Source: an uncultured Candidatus Saccharibacteria bacterium | GTDB lineage: Bacteria; Patescibacteriota; Doudnabacteria; UBA920 | Length of the DNA stretch: 64,000 nucleotides | Direction of reading: 5' to 3' | Assembly (NCBI GenBank): GCA_964505635.1 | Contig: CAZDIP010000002.1 | Span: 165,843-229,842 of the forward strand | Part shown: positions 38,705 through 49,488 of the stretch, piece after piece | How positions within the stretch are numbered: position 1 is the stretch's first letter | Layout: each line of letters begins with the position of its first letter | Translations under genes and position numbers: made by a program | The notes under the pieces: model-generated | What the model was told of the DNA's origin: nothing | Database searches by the model: none | Seen by the model: only the letters and a program-made list of their open reading frames with translations

Positions 38705-41170
38705 TTATATTACTGTGGCGCTGGCTACTTTGTCGCCTTCATCAAGGCGCATTACCCTTACGCCTTGGGTGGCGCGTCCCAGGGTAGAGATGGAATTAAG
38801 AGGAGTGCGGATGGTCTGGCCCATTTTGGAAATTATTACCAGGTCATGCTCTTCAGCGTTGTTTAAAATATACATGGCCACAATTTTTCCTGTTTTGGGC
38901 GTAACCTTTAAAGTCTTAATGCCGCTGCCGCCGCGATGTTGAATTTTATAATATCCGGCTTCGGTTTTTTTGCCCAAGCCGTTTTCCGTGACCACTAAAA
39001 CTTCCAGGTCTTTGACGTTAATTTCTTTTCTTATTACGTCCATGGAAATGATTTGGTCGTCCTTTTTAATCCGCATGCCGGTAACTCCGGCAGCAGACCT
39101 GCCCATGGCGCGGACATCTTTTTCGTTGAAACGTATGGCCTGGCCATTGGCGGTAGAGAGCATAATTTGGTCGTCGCCACTGGAAAATTCTACCCATTTA
39201 AGTTCGTCACCGTCTTTTAAGGTGATGGCTATCATGCCGCTGCGGCGGACTTTGGCAAATTCTTCCCGGTCGGTTTTTTTAACAAGGCCGTTTTTGGTGG
39301 CCATAACAAAGAATTTCGCGCTGTCTTTTTTAGACAGAGTTAAAACGGCCTGACTGGTTTCGCCGGCGCCTAATTGTAAAAAGTTGACTAAAGCCTGACC
39401 CTTGCTGACGCGGGAGCCTTCGGGAAGTTCGTAAACTTTGGTTAGGAAAACCCGGCCTTTGTTGGTAAAAAAGAGTATGTCGTCGTGGGTGTTGGAGGAA
39501 ATTAATTTTTCCACAACATCTTCTTCTTTTAAGGTTTGGCCTATAACCCCCTTGCCGCCGCGCGCCTGCTGGCGGTAGGTGTCCGGCGCCAGGCGTTTAA
39601 CATAGCCTGATTTAGTAATCGTAATTATGACGTTTTCTTCCGGAATTAAGTCTTCAGCAGAAAAAGTCCCCACCGCGTGTTTAACTACCTGGGTTCTGCG
39701 TTCGTCGCCAAAGCGGGCTTTTAAATCTTCCACTTCTTTTTTTATGATGCCTAAAATCTTCTTGCTGGATTTTAAAATGCCTTCCAATTCTTCTATTAAA
39801 GCTTTCTTTTCTTTAAGTTCGTCGTCAATTTTTTTTCTTTCCAGCCCGGCCAGAGTCTGGAGCCGCATGTCCAAAATGGCGTTTGACTGGATGTCCGTCA
39901 GTTTGAACTTTTTCATTAAGTTTTCGTGGGCTTCTTCCCGGTTGGCCGATTTTTTTATGGTATTTATAATCGCATCTATATTGTCGAGAGCTTTTTTTAG
40001 TCCCTCTAAAATATGCGCGCGCTCTTTGGCCTTGCGCAGTTCAAATTCCGTGCGCTTGCGAATCACAATCTGGCGGTGTTCTAAGTATTTTTCCAGAACA
40101 GTTTTTAAATTTAAAACGTGCGGCTCTATGCCGTCTACCAAAGCCAGCATGTTTAAGTGGAAAGTTTCCTGCAGCTGGGTGTAGGAAAAAAGTTGGTTTA
40201 AAATTTTGTTGGCTAAGGCGTCCTTCTTAAGGTCAATTACAATTCTAACCCCGTCTTTGTCGCTTTCGTCCCTCACATCCCGGATGCCTTCTATTTTTTT
40301 GTCGCGCACCAGTTCGGCGATTTTTTCCAAGAGCGTTGCTTTGTTAACTCGGTAAGGAATTTCATGGATTAAAATTTGGAAGCTGCCGCTTTTAGTTTCC
40401 GAAATTTCCGTTTTACCGCGCATGACAATACTGCCTTTGCCCGTGGCATAGGCGTTTTTTATGGCTGCCTGGTCGTAAATTATTCCGCCAGTCGGGAAAT
40501 CGGGGCCTTTAACAAATTCCAACAGGTCTTCGGTGGTGGCTTCCGGGTCGTTAATTAAGGCGACTATCGCGTCGCAAAGTTCGGTTAAGTTATGGGGCGG
40601 GATGTCGGTTGCCATGCCAACCGCGATACCCAAAGTGCCATTTAAAAGCAGGTTGGGAAGTTTGCCCGGCAAAACCGAAGGTTCTTTTCTGGTCGCGTCG
40701 TAGTTGTCCCTCCAGGTAACGGTTTCTTTGTCCAAGTCAGTCAATAGTTCTTCGGCTAAGGCCGACATTCTGGCTTCCGTGTACCTCATGGCAGCGGCGC
40801 CGTCCCCGTCCATGCTGCCAAAGTTGCCTTGCCCGTCTATAAGCGGGTAGCGCATGGCAAAATCCTGAGCCATGTGCACCATGGAGTCGTAAACCGCAAT
40901 GTCGCCGTGCGGGTGATATTTACCTAGCACGTCGCCGACCACGGCTGCGGATTTTCTGAATTTAACATTGTGCCTTAAGCCCAGTTCATGCATAACGTAT
41001 AAAATTCTGCGGTGTACGGGTTTTAGTCCGTCGCGCACGTCGGGCAGGGCTCGGCTAACTATTACGCTCATGGCGTAGTCTAAATACGACTCCTGCATTT
41101 CTGTTTCTATGGTGCGGGGTTTTATGCTGCCAATATCGGCGGAAAGTTCTTGAGATGAATCTTTAGGCAT
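38705..41170 (-). CDS. gyrA: DNA gyrase subunit A
   Basis: [26 protein letters not shown] active-site region with the catalytic Tyr, and C-terminal beta-pinwheel repeats. Confidence 0.93.
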   Translation of the reverse strand: MPKDSSQELSADIGSIKPRTIETEMQESYLDYAMSVIVSRALPDVRDGLKPVHRRILYVMHELGLRHNVKFRKSAAVVGDVLGKYHPHGDIAVYDSMVHMAQDFAMRYPLIDGQGNFGSMDGDGAAAMRYTEARMSALAEELLTDLDKETVTWRDNYDATRKEPSVLPGKLPNLLLNGTLGIAVGMATDIPPHNLTELCDAIVALINDPEATTEDLLEFVKGPDFPTGGIIYDQAAIKNAYATGKGSIVMRGKTEISETKSGSFQILIHEIPYRVNKATLLEKIAELVRDKKIEGIRDVRDESDKDGVRIVIDLKKDALANKILNQLFSYTQLQETFHLNMLALVDGIEPHVLNLKTVLEKYLEHRQIVIRKRTEFELRKAKERAHILEGLKKALDNIDAIINTIKKSANREEAHENLMKKFKLTDIQSNAILDMRLQTLAGLERKKIDDELKEKKALIEELEGILKSSKKILGIIKKEVEDLKARFGDERRTQVVKHAVGTFSAEDLIPEENVIITITKSGYVKRLAPDTYRQQARGGKGVIGQTLKEEDVVEKLISSNTHDDILFFTNKGRVFLTKVYELPEGSRVSKGQALVNFLQLGAGETSQAVLTLSKKDSAKFFVMATKNGLVKKTDREEFAKVRRSGMIAITLKDGDELKWVEFSSGDDQIMLSTANGQAIRFNEKDVRAMGRSAAGVTGMRIKKDDQIISMDVIRKEINVKDLEVLVVTENGLGKKTEAGYYKIQHRGGSGIKTLKVTPKTGKIVAMYILNNAEEHDLVIISKMGQTIRTPLNSISTLGRATQGVRVMRLDEGDKVASATVI

Positions 41171-41171
41171 G

Positions 41172-41663
41172 TTATTTCTTTTTAGGTTTACGAGGTGGTT
41201 CAGGTTGTTTTTCCCCCGTTATTTTTAAATTACGGGGATTAAGTACCCAGACTTTAAATTTTTCCAACGCGCTGACAAGTTTGTCTGCTTCACTATAAAT
41301 TAGAATCGCTCCATACTTATCGGTGCCTTTATGTGAAATAAAATTTTCCAGTTGTTTTATAAATCTTTCCAAATCGCATTTTATGGTATTCCGTGAGCAG
41401 AAATTTGCAAACTGTTGCTTTAATTCCAAACTTATAAAATCTGAACGCTTAAATGGCGAGGCTACATTGGGGAAGTTATTTATGAGTTTTGTTCTTGCTT
41501 CCCACACCCCTTCTTTCCAGGGCTCTTTGCCTGCTTTTGTAAAATTGGAATAATGGGGTATGATCGGTTTTAGCCAATTAAAAATATTTAATAGTTCTTG
41601 TTTTAATTCATCAATCTGCCGAATTTCGTCGGGCCTTTCTCGGTTTAATAATATTTCCTTCAT
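41172..41663 (-). CDS. hypothetical protein
   Basis: ORF only; translationally coupled to gyrA. Confidence 0.4.
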   Translation of the reverse strand: MKEILLNRERPDEIRQIDELKQELLNIFNWLKPIIPHYSNFTKAGKEPWKEGVWEARTKLINNFPNVASPFKRSDFISLELKQQFANFCSRNTIKCDLERFIKQLENFISHKGTDKYGAILIYSEADKLVSALEKFKVWVLNPRNLKITGEKQPEPPRKPKKK

Positions 41664-41863
41664 TTTTTATAATTTTCTTTTATGTCCTTTATTCCCCTGC
41701 CAACGGTTTGAAATAAAGTGGTGTCGGCCTGGGTTTGTTTATTAAGGCCTGAAGTCGCAACCCAGACTATGAGCATAAAACAGAGGGCCATAAAAGCTGC
41801 CAACCAAACCAGTTTTATTTTTTGCTCTCTGGGTTTTTGACGCAAGCTTTCTATAAACGACAT
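41660..41863 (-). CDS. small membrane protein (1 TM)
   Basis: 67-aa ORF with hydrophobic core, overlapping neighbour by 4 nt. Confidence 0.3.
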   Translation of the reverse strand: MSFIESLRQKPREQKIKLVWLAAFMALCFMLIVWVATSGLNKQTQADTTLFQTVGRGIKDIKENYKK

Positions 41864-41867
41864 AAAA

Positions 41868-42494
41868 TTACCTTAAAGGCTCTAAAATTACCAACCTGGT
41901 TCCTTCTTCCTGTAAATCTTTCTTTTTTACAGTCAGCTTGTCGGTTTCTTCTTTTTTTCCACCCATTTCTTTGGTAAATTTATCCACGCTATCTAAATCC
42001 AAAATTAGACCATTCATTTTATAGTGACTGGGAATAACAATTTTAGGTTCTATTTCGTTGACGATTTTGGCTGCTAAAGAGGCCGAAATAACCGTATTTC
42101 CGCCGACCGGCAGAATCAAAATATCAATTTCCCCCAGTTCCTCAATTTCTTCCTCTTTCATATTCCAGTCTTTTATATGGGTCAGGTTTAAGATGCGAAT
42201 GTCCTCGCTTTCAATTAAAAAGACGGTTATATATTTGTCTTGTTGTTTTAAAGGGAAACCGGAAATGCTTACGCCTTTTAAATCGTAGTCGCCCGGATCC
42301 GAAACGTCAAAATGTTCGCCCGAAATGCCCGAACTGGCTGAATATAATTTGCTGTTTTTTTGAGCCAACATTAAAATATCGGCCGTCCCGCGGGGTGGAA
42401 TTAAGCCGCTGTCTTTATGGAATGGATCAGTTATAATAGTTGCTTCTTTGGTTGTGATTTTAAAGCTGGAAAGGCCAAAATATTGAATTTGCAT
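41868..42494 (-). CDS. MBL-fold metallo-hydrolase (UPF0173-like)
   Basis: beta-lactamase-like fold pattern, ...ILILPVGGNTV...VIPSHY. Confidence 0.55.
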   Translation of the reverse strand: MQIQYFGLSSFKITTKEATIITDPFHKDSGLIPPRGTADILMLAQKNSKLYSASSGISGEHFDVSDPGDYDLKGVSISGFPLKQQDKYITVFLIESEDIRILNLTHIKDWNMKEEEIEELGEIDILILPVGGNTVISASLAAKIVNEIEPKIVIPSHYKMNGLILDLDSVDKFTKEMGGKKEETDKLTVKKKDLQEEGTRLVILEPLR

Positions 42495-42739
42495 AGGCTA
42501 CAGAACTAGAGAATATGAGAATCTAGGGAAAACTACAAAACCTTAATCTCGTAGTTTTTTGTAGTGAATTAATGAATTTCTGTAGACTAATTATATACAA
42601 TTTTAAGCAAAATGGGAAGGGAAAAAAGACTTGAAATTAAACAGATAATAGCGTAAAATATCCATACAAAGGAGGTGCACTATGGCCATCAGTTAGGAGT
42701 CTAACTCTGGTCATGTTAACACATCACACCGCAACCATT

Positions 42740-42979
42740 TCACGTTCCGTGGATGATCACGGCGAAATCTTGATTGTTCGGAGCTTCAACGGGCTTAATG
42801 CCCTTGTTGATCCAATTTTTCAAGACGTAGTCGTGTTTGTTCCCAACGGCCGGCGTGCCAGGCTTGTGGAATTTCAATTCCCAAGTGTTGGCCGTTTTTG
42901 TGGCCGTGACCCCGAGGTGGTAGTGAGCCGCATTTGCGGCGGAGCCGTTGGCTTTCGTTTTATCTGCCATGATCTTCAT
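42740..42979 (-). CDS. hypothetical small protein in GC-rich island (doubtful)
   Basis: 79-aa ORF with balanced composition; the competing plus-strand ORF is Arg/Val-rich, typical of wrong-frame GC-rich DNA. Confidence 0.2.
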   Translation of the reverse strand: MKIMADKTKANGSAANAAHYHLGVTATKTANTWELKFHKPGTPAVGNKHDYVLKNWINKGIKPVEAPNNQDFAVIIHGT

Positions 42980-43347
42980 GTTCTATTGCAAGAACTTAGT
43001 GAAGGTCAACGGGTAGATGTTATGCCAGCCGCCGACCCTGCCCATGCGTATGCGCCGGTCTTCCGCCCCTTGCCTGTACTTTCCGGAGCGGTTGCCGCGC
43101 AACCCGTGTATGCTTGCGCTGCTGCGTAAGCGTCATTTCGGCCGCTGGAAACAGGCAACCAGCGGCTTCTTTAATAACCAGATATAGGCGCTTGCTTTTT
43201 TTGGCAAAATCAGTATAATAATAGAGCTTATTTAGACAAGCGCCATATAATTATTAACCCTAAATAAGCCTATGTAACCGGCGCTTATAAGTTTTAATGC
43301 AAACTAAAGTTTTTATTTTATCGATCTAAATAGGGATCGTTTTTTAT

Positions 43348-44553
43348 TTGCATTTTTATAATTTTATGATGGAAGAAAAAGCACAGACTACCACCGTTGC
43401 CCAAACCAGCATTCCTGCCGGTGCGGCAAAAGCCAAAACCATGGGAGAGTTAATAGACAGCGGGGTGGAAATTAAAGTTTTAAAGCCCGGGGACATGGTA
43501 GAGGGCGCATTAATTTCGGTCGGTAAGAACGAGGTTTATGTGGACTTGGAAGGCTACGGGATAGGCGTGGTTCGCGGCCGCGAGCTTTACGACGACCAAG
43601 CCACGCTTTCCGCGCTAAAGCCCGGGGACAAAGTTTTTGTTTCCGTGGTGGAAATAGAAAATAAAGAAGGCATAGTGGAATTGTCCATGCGCCAGGCCGG
43701 CCAGGAGCGCGTTTGGCAGACCCTGCGCGAGAAGATGGAAAGCAAGGAAGTAGTTAGAACCAAAATTTTGGAAGCCAACAAGGGCGGGCTTATGGTGGAA
43801 ATCAACAATGTAATCGGTTTTTTGCCGGTTTCCCAGCTGTCGTTGGAACATTACCCCAGAGTGGAAGATGGCGATAAAAATAAGATTTTGTCGGTTTTAA
43901 ATTCCTATGTCGGCCAGCTTTTTGATGTGCAGATTATTACCGCGGACAACGAGGAGGAAAAATTAATTGTCAGTGAAAAAGCGGTGTTTGAAAAAGAAGT
44001 GGAAAATCGCCTGGGCCAGTTAAAAATCGGCCAGGTGGTAGAGGGTTTTATTACCGGCGTGGTGGACTTCGGCGCTTTTGTAAAGTTTGGCGACTTGGAA
44101 GGTTTGGTGCATATTAGCGAGCTGGCTTGGCAGCGCATAGAAAATCCTAAAGATATTGTAAAAGTCGGTCAGCAGGTTTCGGCCAAAGTTATTTCTATAG
44201 ACAAGGGTCGCGTTAGCCTGTCTATAAAACAATTACAGCAGGATCCTTGGCTGGAAGCTGTGAAGAAATATCAAATTGGACAAAAAGTTACCGGCAAAAT
44301 AGCAAAGATTATGCCGTTCGGCGTATTTGTTGAATTGGATAAAGACATTCAAGGCTTGGCTCATGTTATGGAATTGTCGCATGAGGCAGTTAAAAGTCCG
44401 GAAGATGTTTTAAAAATCGGCGAGGAAAAAGAGTTTAAAATTATTTCCATTGAGCCGGGCGAGCACCGTTTAGGCTTGTCTTTAAAGGCTTTAACCGAAG
44501 CTCCGGTTAAGCCGGAACAAAAGGCCGAAGCAGTCGAGGCTCCAAAAGAATAA
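43348..44553 (+). CDS. rpsA: 30S ribosomal protein S1 (four S1 domains)
   Basis: repeated S1 OB-fold motifs (GxV.G.V, ISEL). Confidence 0.85.
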   Translation: MHFYNFMMEEKAQTTTVAQTSIPAGAAKAKTMGELIDSGVEIKVLKPGDMVEGALISVGKNEVYVDLEGYGIGVVRGRELYDDQATLSALKPGDKVFVSVVEIENKEGIVELSMRQAGQERVWQTLREKMESKEVVRTKILEANKGGLMVEINNVIGFLPVSQLSLEHYPRVEDGDKNKILSVLNSYVGQLFDVQIITADNEEEKLIVSEKAVFEKEVENRLGQLKIGQVVEGFITGVVDFGAFVKFGDLEGLVHISELAWQRIENPKDIVKVGQQVSAKVISIDKGRVSLSIKQLQQDPWLEAVKKYQIGQKVTGKIAKIMPFGVFVELDKDIQGLAHVMELSHEAVKSPEDVLKIGEEKEFKIISIEPGEHRLGLSLKALTEAPVKPEQKAEAVEAPKE

Positions 44554-44565
44554 ATTTTCAAAATA

Positions 44566-44602
44566 AAATACGGTAAGCCCTATAAGGGCTTACCGTATTT
44601 TT
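44566..44602. terminator. bidirectional rho-independent terminator
   Basis: aaatacggtaagccc-tata-agggcttaccgtattttt. Confidence 0.6.
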
Positions 44603-44609
44603 AGTTAAA

Positions 44610-44834
44610 CTACATAGTGGGCTGGCTTTGCGCGCCAGAACACATTTTGCAGGTTTGTTTGTGAGTGACTAATTCGTAAACCGCAGAAAGACCGACTAAG
44701 ACATAAACCACTTTAGCGGCCACGCCTACGCCTAGCAGGTACATGACTAAGTTGAAGTTAAAGGCGCCAACCAAACCCCAGTTAAGGGCGCCGACAACAA
44801 CCAATATCCACGCTACCATGTGTAAAGCTTTCAT
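44610..44834 (-). CDS. DUF378-family small membrane protein
   Basis: ALNWGLVGAFNFNLV pattern, 2 TM. Confidence 0.55.
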   Translation of the reverse strand: MKALHMVAWILVVVGALNWGLVGAFNFNLVMYLLGVGVAAKVVYVLVGLSAVYELVTHKQTCKMCSGAQSQPTM

Positions 44835-44904
44835 TTAGTTCACCCCCTTTCGGGAAAGTTTTTGCTTGTTTAAATCAGTACTTATATATTATAGCATGTT
44901 CAAG

Positions 44905-45402
44905 TCAAAATATCCGCAATAGTATTTTGGTAAAGCCCGAGGCGTCTAAATTAAAGTGGAATTCTCCTTTGACGGTTTTGCCTTTTAAAACCAACGGAAG
45001 CCAATAGCGGTCGTCCGGCCACATTAGTTTGTAAGGTATATTTTTAAATTTAAACCAGCGCGGCTTCATTTCCCCGGATTCTTTGGGTGTGCCGCGCCAG
45101 CTATTTGTTAGGTACAAATAAACCTTTTGATTATTTTGAGGCTTATTGGAAAAAAAGAATTTTAGCCAACCCGCTGGCTTTAGATCTTTTTTGTCTGACT
45201 TAATGCCAACCTCTTCCGCTAATTCTCTTAAAGCCCCTTGTTTCAAGTTTTCGCCCGGTTTGAGTTTGCCTCCGCAACCATTATATTTACCTTGGCCAAA
45301 CCCTCTCTTTTTTAGAGCCAGTAAAATAGACGCTTTACGTATTAAAAAAATCAAAGTTGTTTGCTTCATAACCAGTTTGTGTTTGTTTCTAACCGCTGGC
45401 AA
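44905..45402 (-). CDS. NUDIX hydrolase
   Basis: Nudix box GGKLKPGENLKQGALRELAEEVGI. Confidence 0.75.
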   Translation of the reverse strand: MPAVRNKHKLVMKQTTLIFLIRKASILLALKKRGFGQGKYNGCGGKLKPGENLKQGALRELAEEVGIKSDKKDLKPAGWLKFFFSNKPQNNQKVYLYLTNSWRGTPKESGEMKPRWFKFKNIPYKLMWPDDRYWLPLVLKGKTVKGEFHFNLDASGFTKILLRIF

Positions 45403-45458
45403 AAAAGTCTAAAAGCGTTATGCTAAAATAATAACCCCTTTTAGGGGTTATTATTAAA

Positions 45459-46844
45459 TTACCAGCCGAATTGTTTGCCGACTTCCTCGGGCATTTCGCG
45501 GCGGCGCGCGATTTTTATTTCCCCGTTGGTTGCTATGAGCTTGGCCGGGGAAGACAATAGGCAGTGATGGGAAGCCAGGCTGTCCTGGTAGGCGCCGGTA
45601 TCCAGCAGCGCGATATATAATTCGTCGCAGTCACTTAAGCGGGGCAGCAAAATGTAGGAGCCGCCAGCCGTATACTTGTCGTCAGAGTCGCAGGAAGAGC
45701 CGGCTAACCAGACTTTTTCCAGTTTTTTATTGTTCATATTATTAACCGGTATGACATGCCATTTTTGGTGAATTGCCCAGGTGTCTATTAAGTCATTCAT
45801 AAAGCTTCCGTCTATGACATACCAGCGGTTGTTGCCTTTGTTGTCAACAGTTTTTTCGGCTAAAATTTTGTAAATTGTAATCTGAGCCGGGGCGGCCACA
45901 TACCTGCCCCATTCAGTAATTAAGTTTGGGTGTTTAACTCCTAATTTGTCGCAGTGGTTTTTGGCGGCTTTGACAATTTGTTGAATCAGATTTTTGGCTG
46001 AATAAAAATGTTTCTTCTTTTCGTAAGGCACGCCTGCTCCCCCGCCTATATCCAAAGTATCCAACCCGGGATTTTTTTCCCGAAGTTTGGCGTAAAGCTC
46101 TAGAGCGCGTTTTAGCGGCTTTACAAAGCCGTCAATTTTTTCAATCTGGCTGGAAATGTGGTAATGCAGCACGGATAAATTGCGGATTTTGCCCAACGCA
46201 AGCAGTTCGTTTTCGGTAAAGCCGTAGCGATTATACTTTTTATCCCAGTGGCTGTCTACCTTTACGTCCAAATTAACCCTAATCCCCACCTCGCCTTTAA
46301 ATTTTGCCATCCGTTCCAGCTCCACGTGGTCTTCTATAATAGGAATGACTATTAAGCCCTTGCTTTTTAACTCCTCAATCAATTCTATATATTTGGGAGT
46401 TTTGGGGCCATTACAAATAACTCTGATTTTTGCGTTAAACTTGTCCTGCTCTATCATTTTTTTCACCAGATAGAGTTCGTTGGCTGAAGCAACGTCTAAA
46501 TTGGCGCCCTCAGCCACGGCCGGCAAAACAAACTCCTTGTTCTGATTAACTTTCATGGCGTAATGGTAAAAGAATTTGCCTTTATAGCCTAAAACTTTTA
46601 TATAGGCGTTGAAGGTCTCAATTAAGTCTCTGACCCGGTTTTCTATGATAGTTGGAAAAACTATTTCAGTTGAGGTCCCGTATTTTTTTACAATGTCAAA
46701 AATGTTGTACTGGAAATTGCCTTCCCTGACAATTAACTCTCCGTCCGGACCAATGTCAAAGTTTTGGGTATTAACTTCTTCCAAACCCAAACGCCAGAAT
46801 TTTTTAAAACCGTTTTTCTTTTTTGCCGCGCTTTTAGTAGTCAT
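45459..46844 (-). CDS. PLP-dependent fold-type III decarboxylase (arginine decarboxylase-like)
   Basis: YAMKVNQNKEFV, HYHISSQIE, DIGGGAGVPY, EWGRYVAAPAQ motifs. Confidence 0.7.
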   Translation of the reverse strand: MTTKSAAKKKNGFKKFWRLGLEEVNTQNFDIGPDGELIVREGNFQYNIFDIVKKYGTSTEIVFPTIIENRVRDLIETFNAYIKVLGYKGKFFYHYAMKVNQNKEFVLPAVAEGANLDVASANELYLVKKMIEQDKFNAKIRVICNGPKTPKYIELIEELKSKGLIVIPIIEDHVELERMAKFKGEVGIRVNLDVKVDSHWDKKYNRYGFTENELLALGKIRNLSVLHYHISSQIEKIDGFVKPLKRALELYAKLREKNPGLDTLDIGGGAGVPYEKKKHFYSAKNLIQQIVKAAKNHCDKLGVKHPNLITEWGRYVAAPAQITIYKILAEKTVDNKGNNRWYVIDGSFMNDLIDTWAIHQKWHVIPVNNMNNKKLEKVWLAGSSCDSDDKYTAGGSYILLPRLSDCDELYIALLDTGAYQDSLASHHCLLSSPAKLIATNGEIKIARRREMPEEVGKQFGW

Positions 46845-47143
46845 TTATTAAATGATTAATAACCGCAAATAATACTATATTTTTTAAATTTTGTCAAGCC
46901 TTAGTTAAATTTATTCAGAAAAATAAAAAAAGCACCCGGGATTTTTACCAGCTGCAATAAATTAAGCCATTGAATTGACCTGTTTGGTTTTGGTTTAAAA
47001 ATTCAGTTATGTTTTTTTCTAGCAACCCCTTAAAATATAATGAACGATAAAAATAATTTATCACCCGAATTTTTCTTTGTCAATAGAATTTTAGGATTTT
47101 TTGGTTGACCTTAGCAGTTGTAAAAAGAACAAGCCGTATAAGT

Positions 47144-47229
47144 GGTGCCCAGGGAGGGAATCGAACCCTCAATCCCTTGCGGGCGACAGATTTTAAGTCT
47201 GTAGCGTATACCAGTTCCGCCACCTGGGC
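47144..47229 (-). tRNA. tRNA-Leu (anticodon UAA)
   Basis: anticodon loop cuUAAaa, long variable arm, T-loop ttcgatt, CCA encoded. Confidence 0.85.
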
Positions 47230-47390
47230 GCGTCGCAATTTGTTTCGGGCCTTCGTTCCGACTTGAGTTTAAATTCGTAACTCGCACCCTTCACAATTGC
47301 TTCTTTTCCCCAAAAATCCGTGCTCGTCCCGATTAGTATCGGGACTGCGCTCCTGATTTTTGAGGACCTCTTTTTAGGGGATTTATATTT

Positions 47391-47465
47391 TGGAGGTGCA
47401 GATGGGAATCGAACCCATGCATTGCGGTTTTGCAGACCGCCGCGTTACCACTTCGCCACTGCACC
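47391..47465 (-). tRNA. tRNA-Cys (anticodon GCA)
   Basis: 3-bp D-stem, anticodon loop cuGCAaa, discriminator U, CCA. Confidence 0.8.
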
Positions 47466-47518
47466 GCATAACAAGAATGCTATCTAATTTTAATCAAAAA
47501 CCTAAAAACTGGCAATAG

Positions 47519-47550
47519 AAAACCCCTAAAGGTTATTTTAGGGGTTTTCT
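47519..47550. terminator. hairpin terminator
   Basis: aaaacccctaaaggttattttaggggtttt. Confidence 0.5.
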
Positions 47551-47554
47551 TAAA

Positions 47555-48205
47555 TTATTTAGCCAGAGCTAATTCAAAGTTTTTTAATAAGGTAATTCTT
47601 TCCTGTTCAGCGTCTTCGGTTAGCTGGTTTAATTCATTTAACTTTTTTTCACAGCCGTAAACCCAGTTGCTGCTACCCGGATACACATAAATGCCTTTCA
47701 TTTTTTTGCAGGTCGTGTATCTTTCTTTGTAAATCGGTTTTTCAAGCAATTTACTCAAGTCTTCAAACCAGTCTAATTTGGTCGGGTAAGTTCTCCATAA
47801 AGGGTGGCCGGGGGCTACCCCGATTCCGCTACAGTTATTGCTCTTGCCCGGACAGTGTTTGCCGAAATTGCTTTCTACCCAGGAAATAGCCAGGGCGCGC
47901 TGCCACTGAGGGAAATTGGGAATTTCTTCCGCGTATTGAGCTAAGGGTGAACCGTGTTTTTCTAAATAACTTTTTAAGTTTTTGGTTAAGGGATCTTCGC
48001 TAATTATAGCGTTGATGTTTAAAAGGTTTTGGGTTTGGATTTTGGAAAAGTCTTTGATTTCAAAAACTAATTGCTGATTGCTCTGAGTCTGAGGGCTTAA
48101 AGCGGCCCGCATAACTTCCGGATATACCAAAGGAGTTATGGAAATTGCCAAAGTTATAACAACGGCAATTTTTTTAGCAGACTCAAGAGTAAAGAGAGCT
48201 TTCAT
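47555..48205 (-). CDS. secreted hypothetical protein, possibly lysozyme-like/lytic transglycosylase-like
   Basis: N-terminal TM/signal; ALAISWVESNFGKH...SGIGV loosely resembles the SLT ES-x-F/N...GA.G motif. Confidence 0.35.
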   Translation of the reverse strand: MKALFTLESAKKIAVVITLAISITPLVYPEVMRAALSPQTQSNQQLVFEIKDFSKIQTQNLLNINAIISEDPLTKNLKSYLEKHGSPLAQYAEEIPNFPQWQRALAISWVESNFGKHCPGKSNNCSGIGVAPGHPLWRTYPTKLDWFEDLSKLLEKPIYKERYTTCKKMKGIYVYPGSSNWVYGCEKKLNELNQLTEDAEQERITLLKNFELALAK

Positions 48206-48679
48206 TCTTTAAATCAAACTCCTTTCTCCCCTTGCCTTAAAGCTTGTTAGCTTTTTTGGCAATGCTGATTATATGTATTAAAAGGTACTATTAGCCAATT
48301 TCGACCTTAAGTTATTAATTTAAGTTATTGGCTATAAATAAAAAAGTGCCATGTAGCACTTTCTTAATATAATTATACTCTCTTTTCAAAGCTTTTTCAA
48401 GCCTTTTTTGCTTGTTTAAGCCATATTTAAGCCAAAAAACATTTCTTTACTCTTACCTTTGCCAAAATTCAGCCCTCTTAAATAAGCCAAAACTTGTTTT
48501 TTAAATATATGGCCAAAGATTGCCGTCATGGTGGTTTAGTTGGTTTATAAAGGCTTAAATTTGTTTATATAAAAAGCTCAAAAGTCGCTTTTTGGGTAAT
48601 TAGCGAATGCATACTAAGGGTGAAACCGTATTTTACCGTAATTTAAAACCCAATATTTAGAAAATTAACTAAATATTAC

Positions 48680-49417
48680 TTATTTTCTTTTGCCAAAGAT
48701 CCTTAAAAATTTTAGGAATAGGTTTATAAAATCTAAGTATAAGGTCAGGGCCCCCATAATTGCCTCTTTTTTATCTGCGTCAGAGTTTGTGTTCATCACT
48801 GTATTCATATCTTTTATTTTTTGCGTGTCGTAGGCGGTTAAGCCGACAAAAATAAAAATACCCGCATAAGTTGTTATCCAATCGAGTGTGCTATTAAGCC
48901 AAAATAAATTAACAAGGGTGGCAACAACTAAACCAAACAGCAGCATGCCGAGCAAATTTCCCCAAGCAGTTAAATCTGTTTTAGTATAATAACCATATAG
49001 CGCCATGGCCCCAAATACTCCCGCGGTTATAACTAATGCAAGAGCAATTGAACTTGCAGTATAAACCAGGAAGATAAAACCTAGGGTTATCCCATTTAAA
49101 GCCGAATATAAAATAAATGTTAGGCGCGCTGCTGCAAGCGACATTGTTTTTACCATTGAAGATAAATAAGCAACCATTATAATCTCTAAAATTAACAACC
49201 CGTAAAAAATAAGATGATTGCCGAACACTAACTGGCTTAAAGAAGGGCTGCTTGCGATGAAGCCGGCAGCTGCGGCGCTTATGCATAAAGCAATGGCCAT
49301 CCAGCCAAAAACCTGAGTTATAAAACTTTGTTCGTCTATGGCAAAAGTCGGGTCAATTAGGGTAGGGGCTGCTGTTATATTCCGCTGCAGAACAGGCGGA
49401 ATCGTTTTGTTTTCCAT
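48680..49417 (-). CDS. Bax inhibitor-1/YccA family membrane protein
   Basis: 7 TM; C-terminal GALTLYLDFINLFLKFLRIFG typical of BI-1 family. Confidence 0.75.
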   Translation of the reverse strand: MENKTIPPVLQRNITAAPTLIDPTFAIDEQSFITQVFGWMAIALCISAAAAGFIASSPSLSQLVFGNHLIFYGLLILEIIMVAYLSSMVKTMSLAAARLTFILYSALNGITLGFIFLVYTASSIALALVITAGVFGAMALYGYYTKTDLTAWGNLLGMLLFGLVVATLVNLFWLNSTLDWITTYAGIFIFVGLTAYDTQKIKDMNTVMNTNSDADKKEAIMGALTLYLDFINLFLKFLRIFGKRK

Positions 49418-49488
49418 TGTTTTGTTTCTTTTATTTAATTATATTCTTAGAATGAGTATAACAAAAAACACCTTTAAGTAAAGATGTT

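Noticed and set aside
42713-43129. 138-aa plus-strand ORF in the GC-rich islet
   Set aside because: Arg/Val/Ala-rich composition typical of an out-of-frame translation of GC-rich DNA; overlaps an alternative minus-strand ORF; no RBS.
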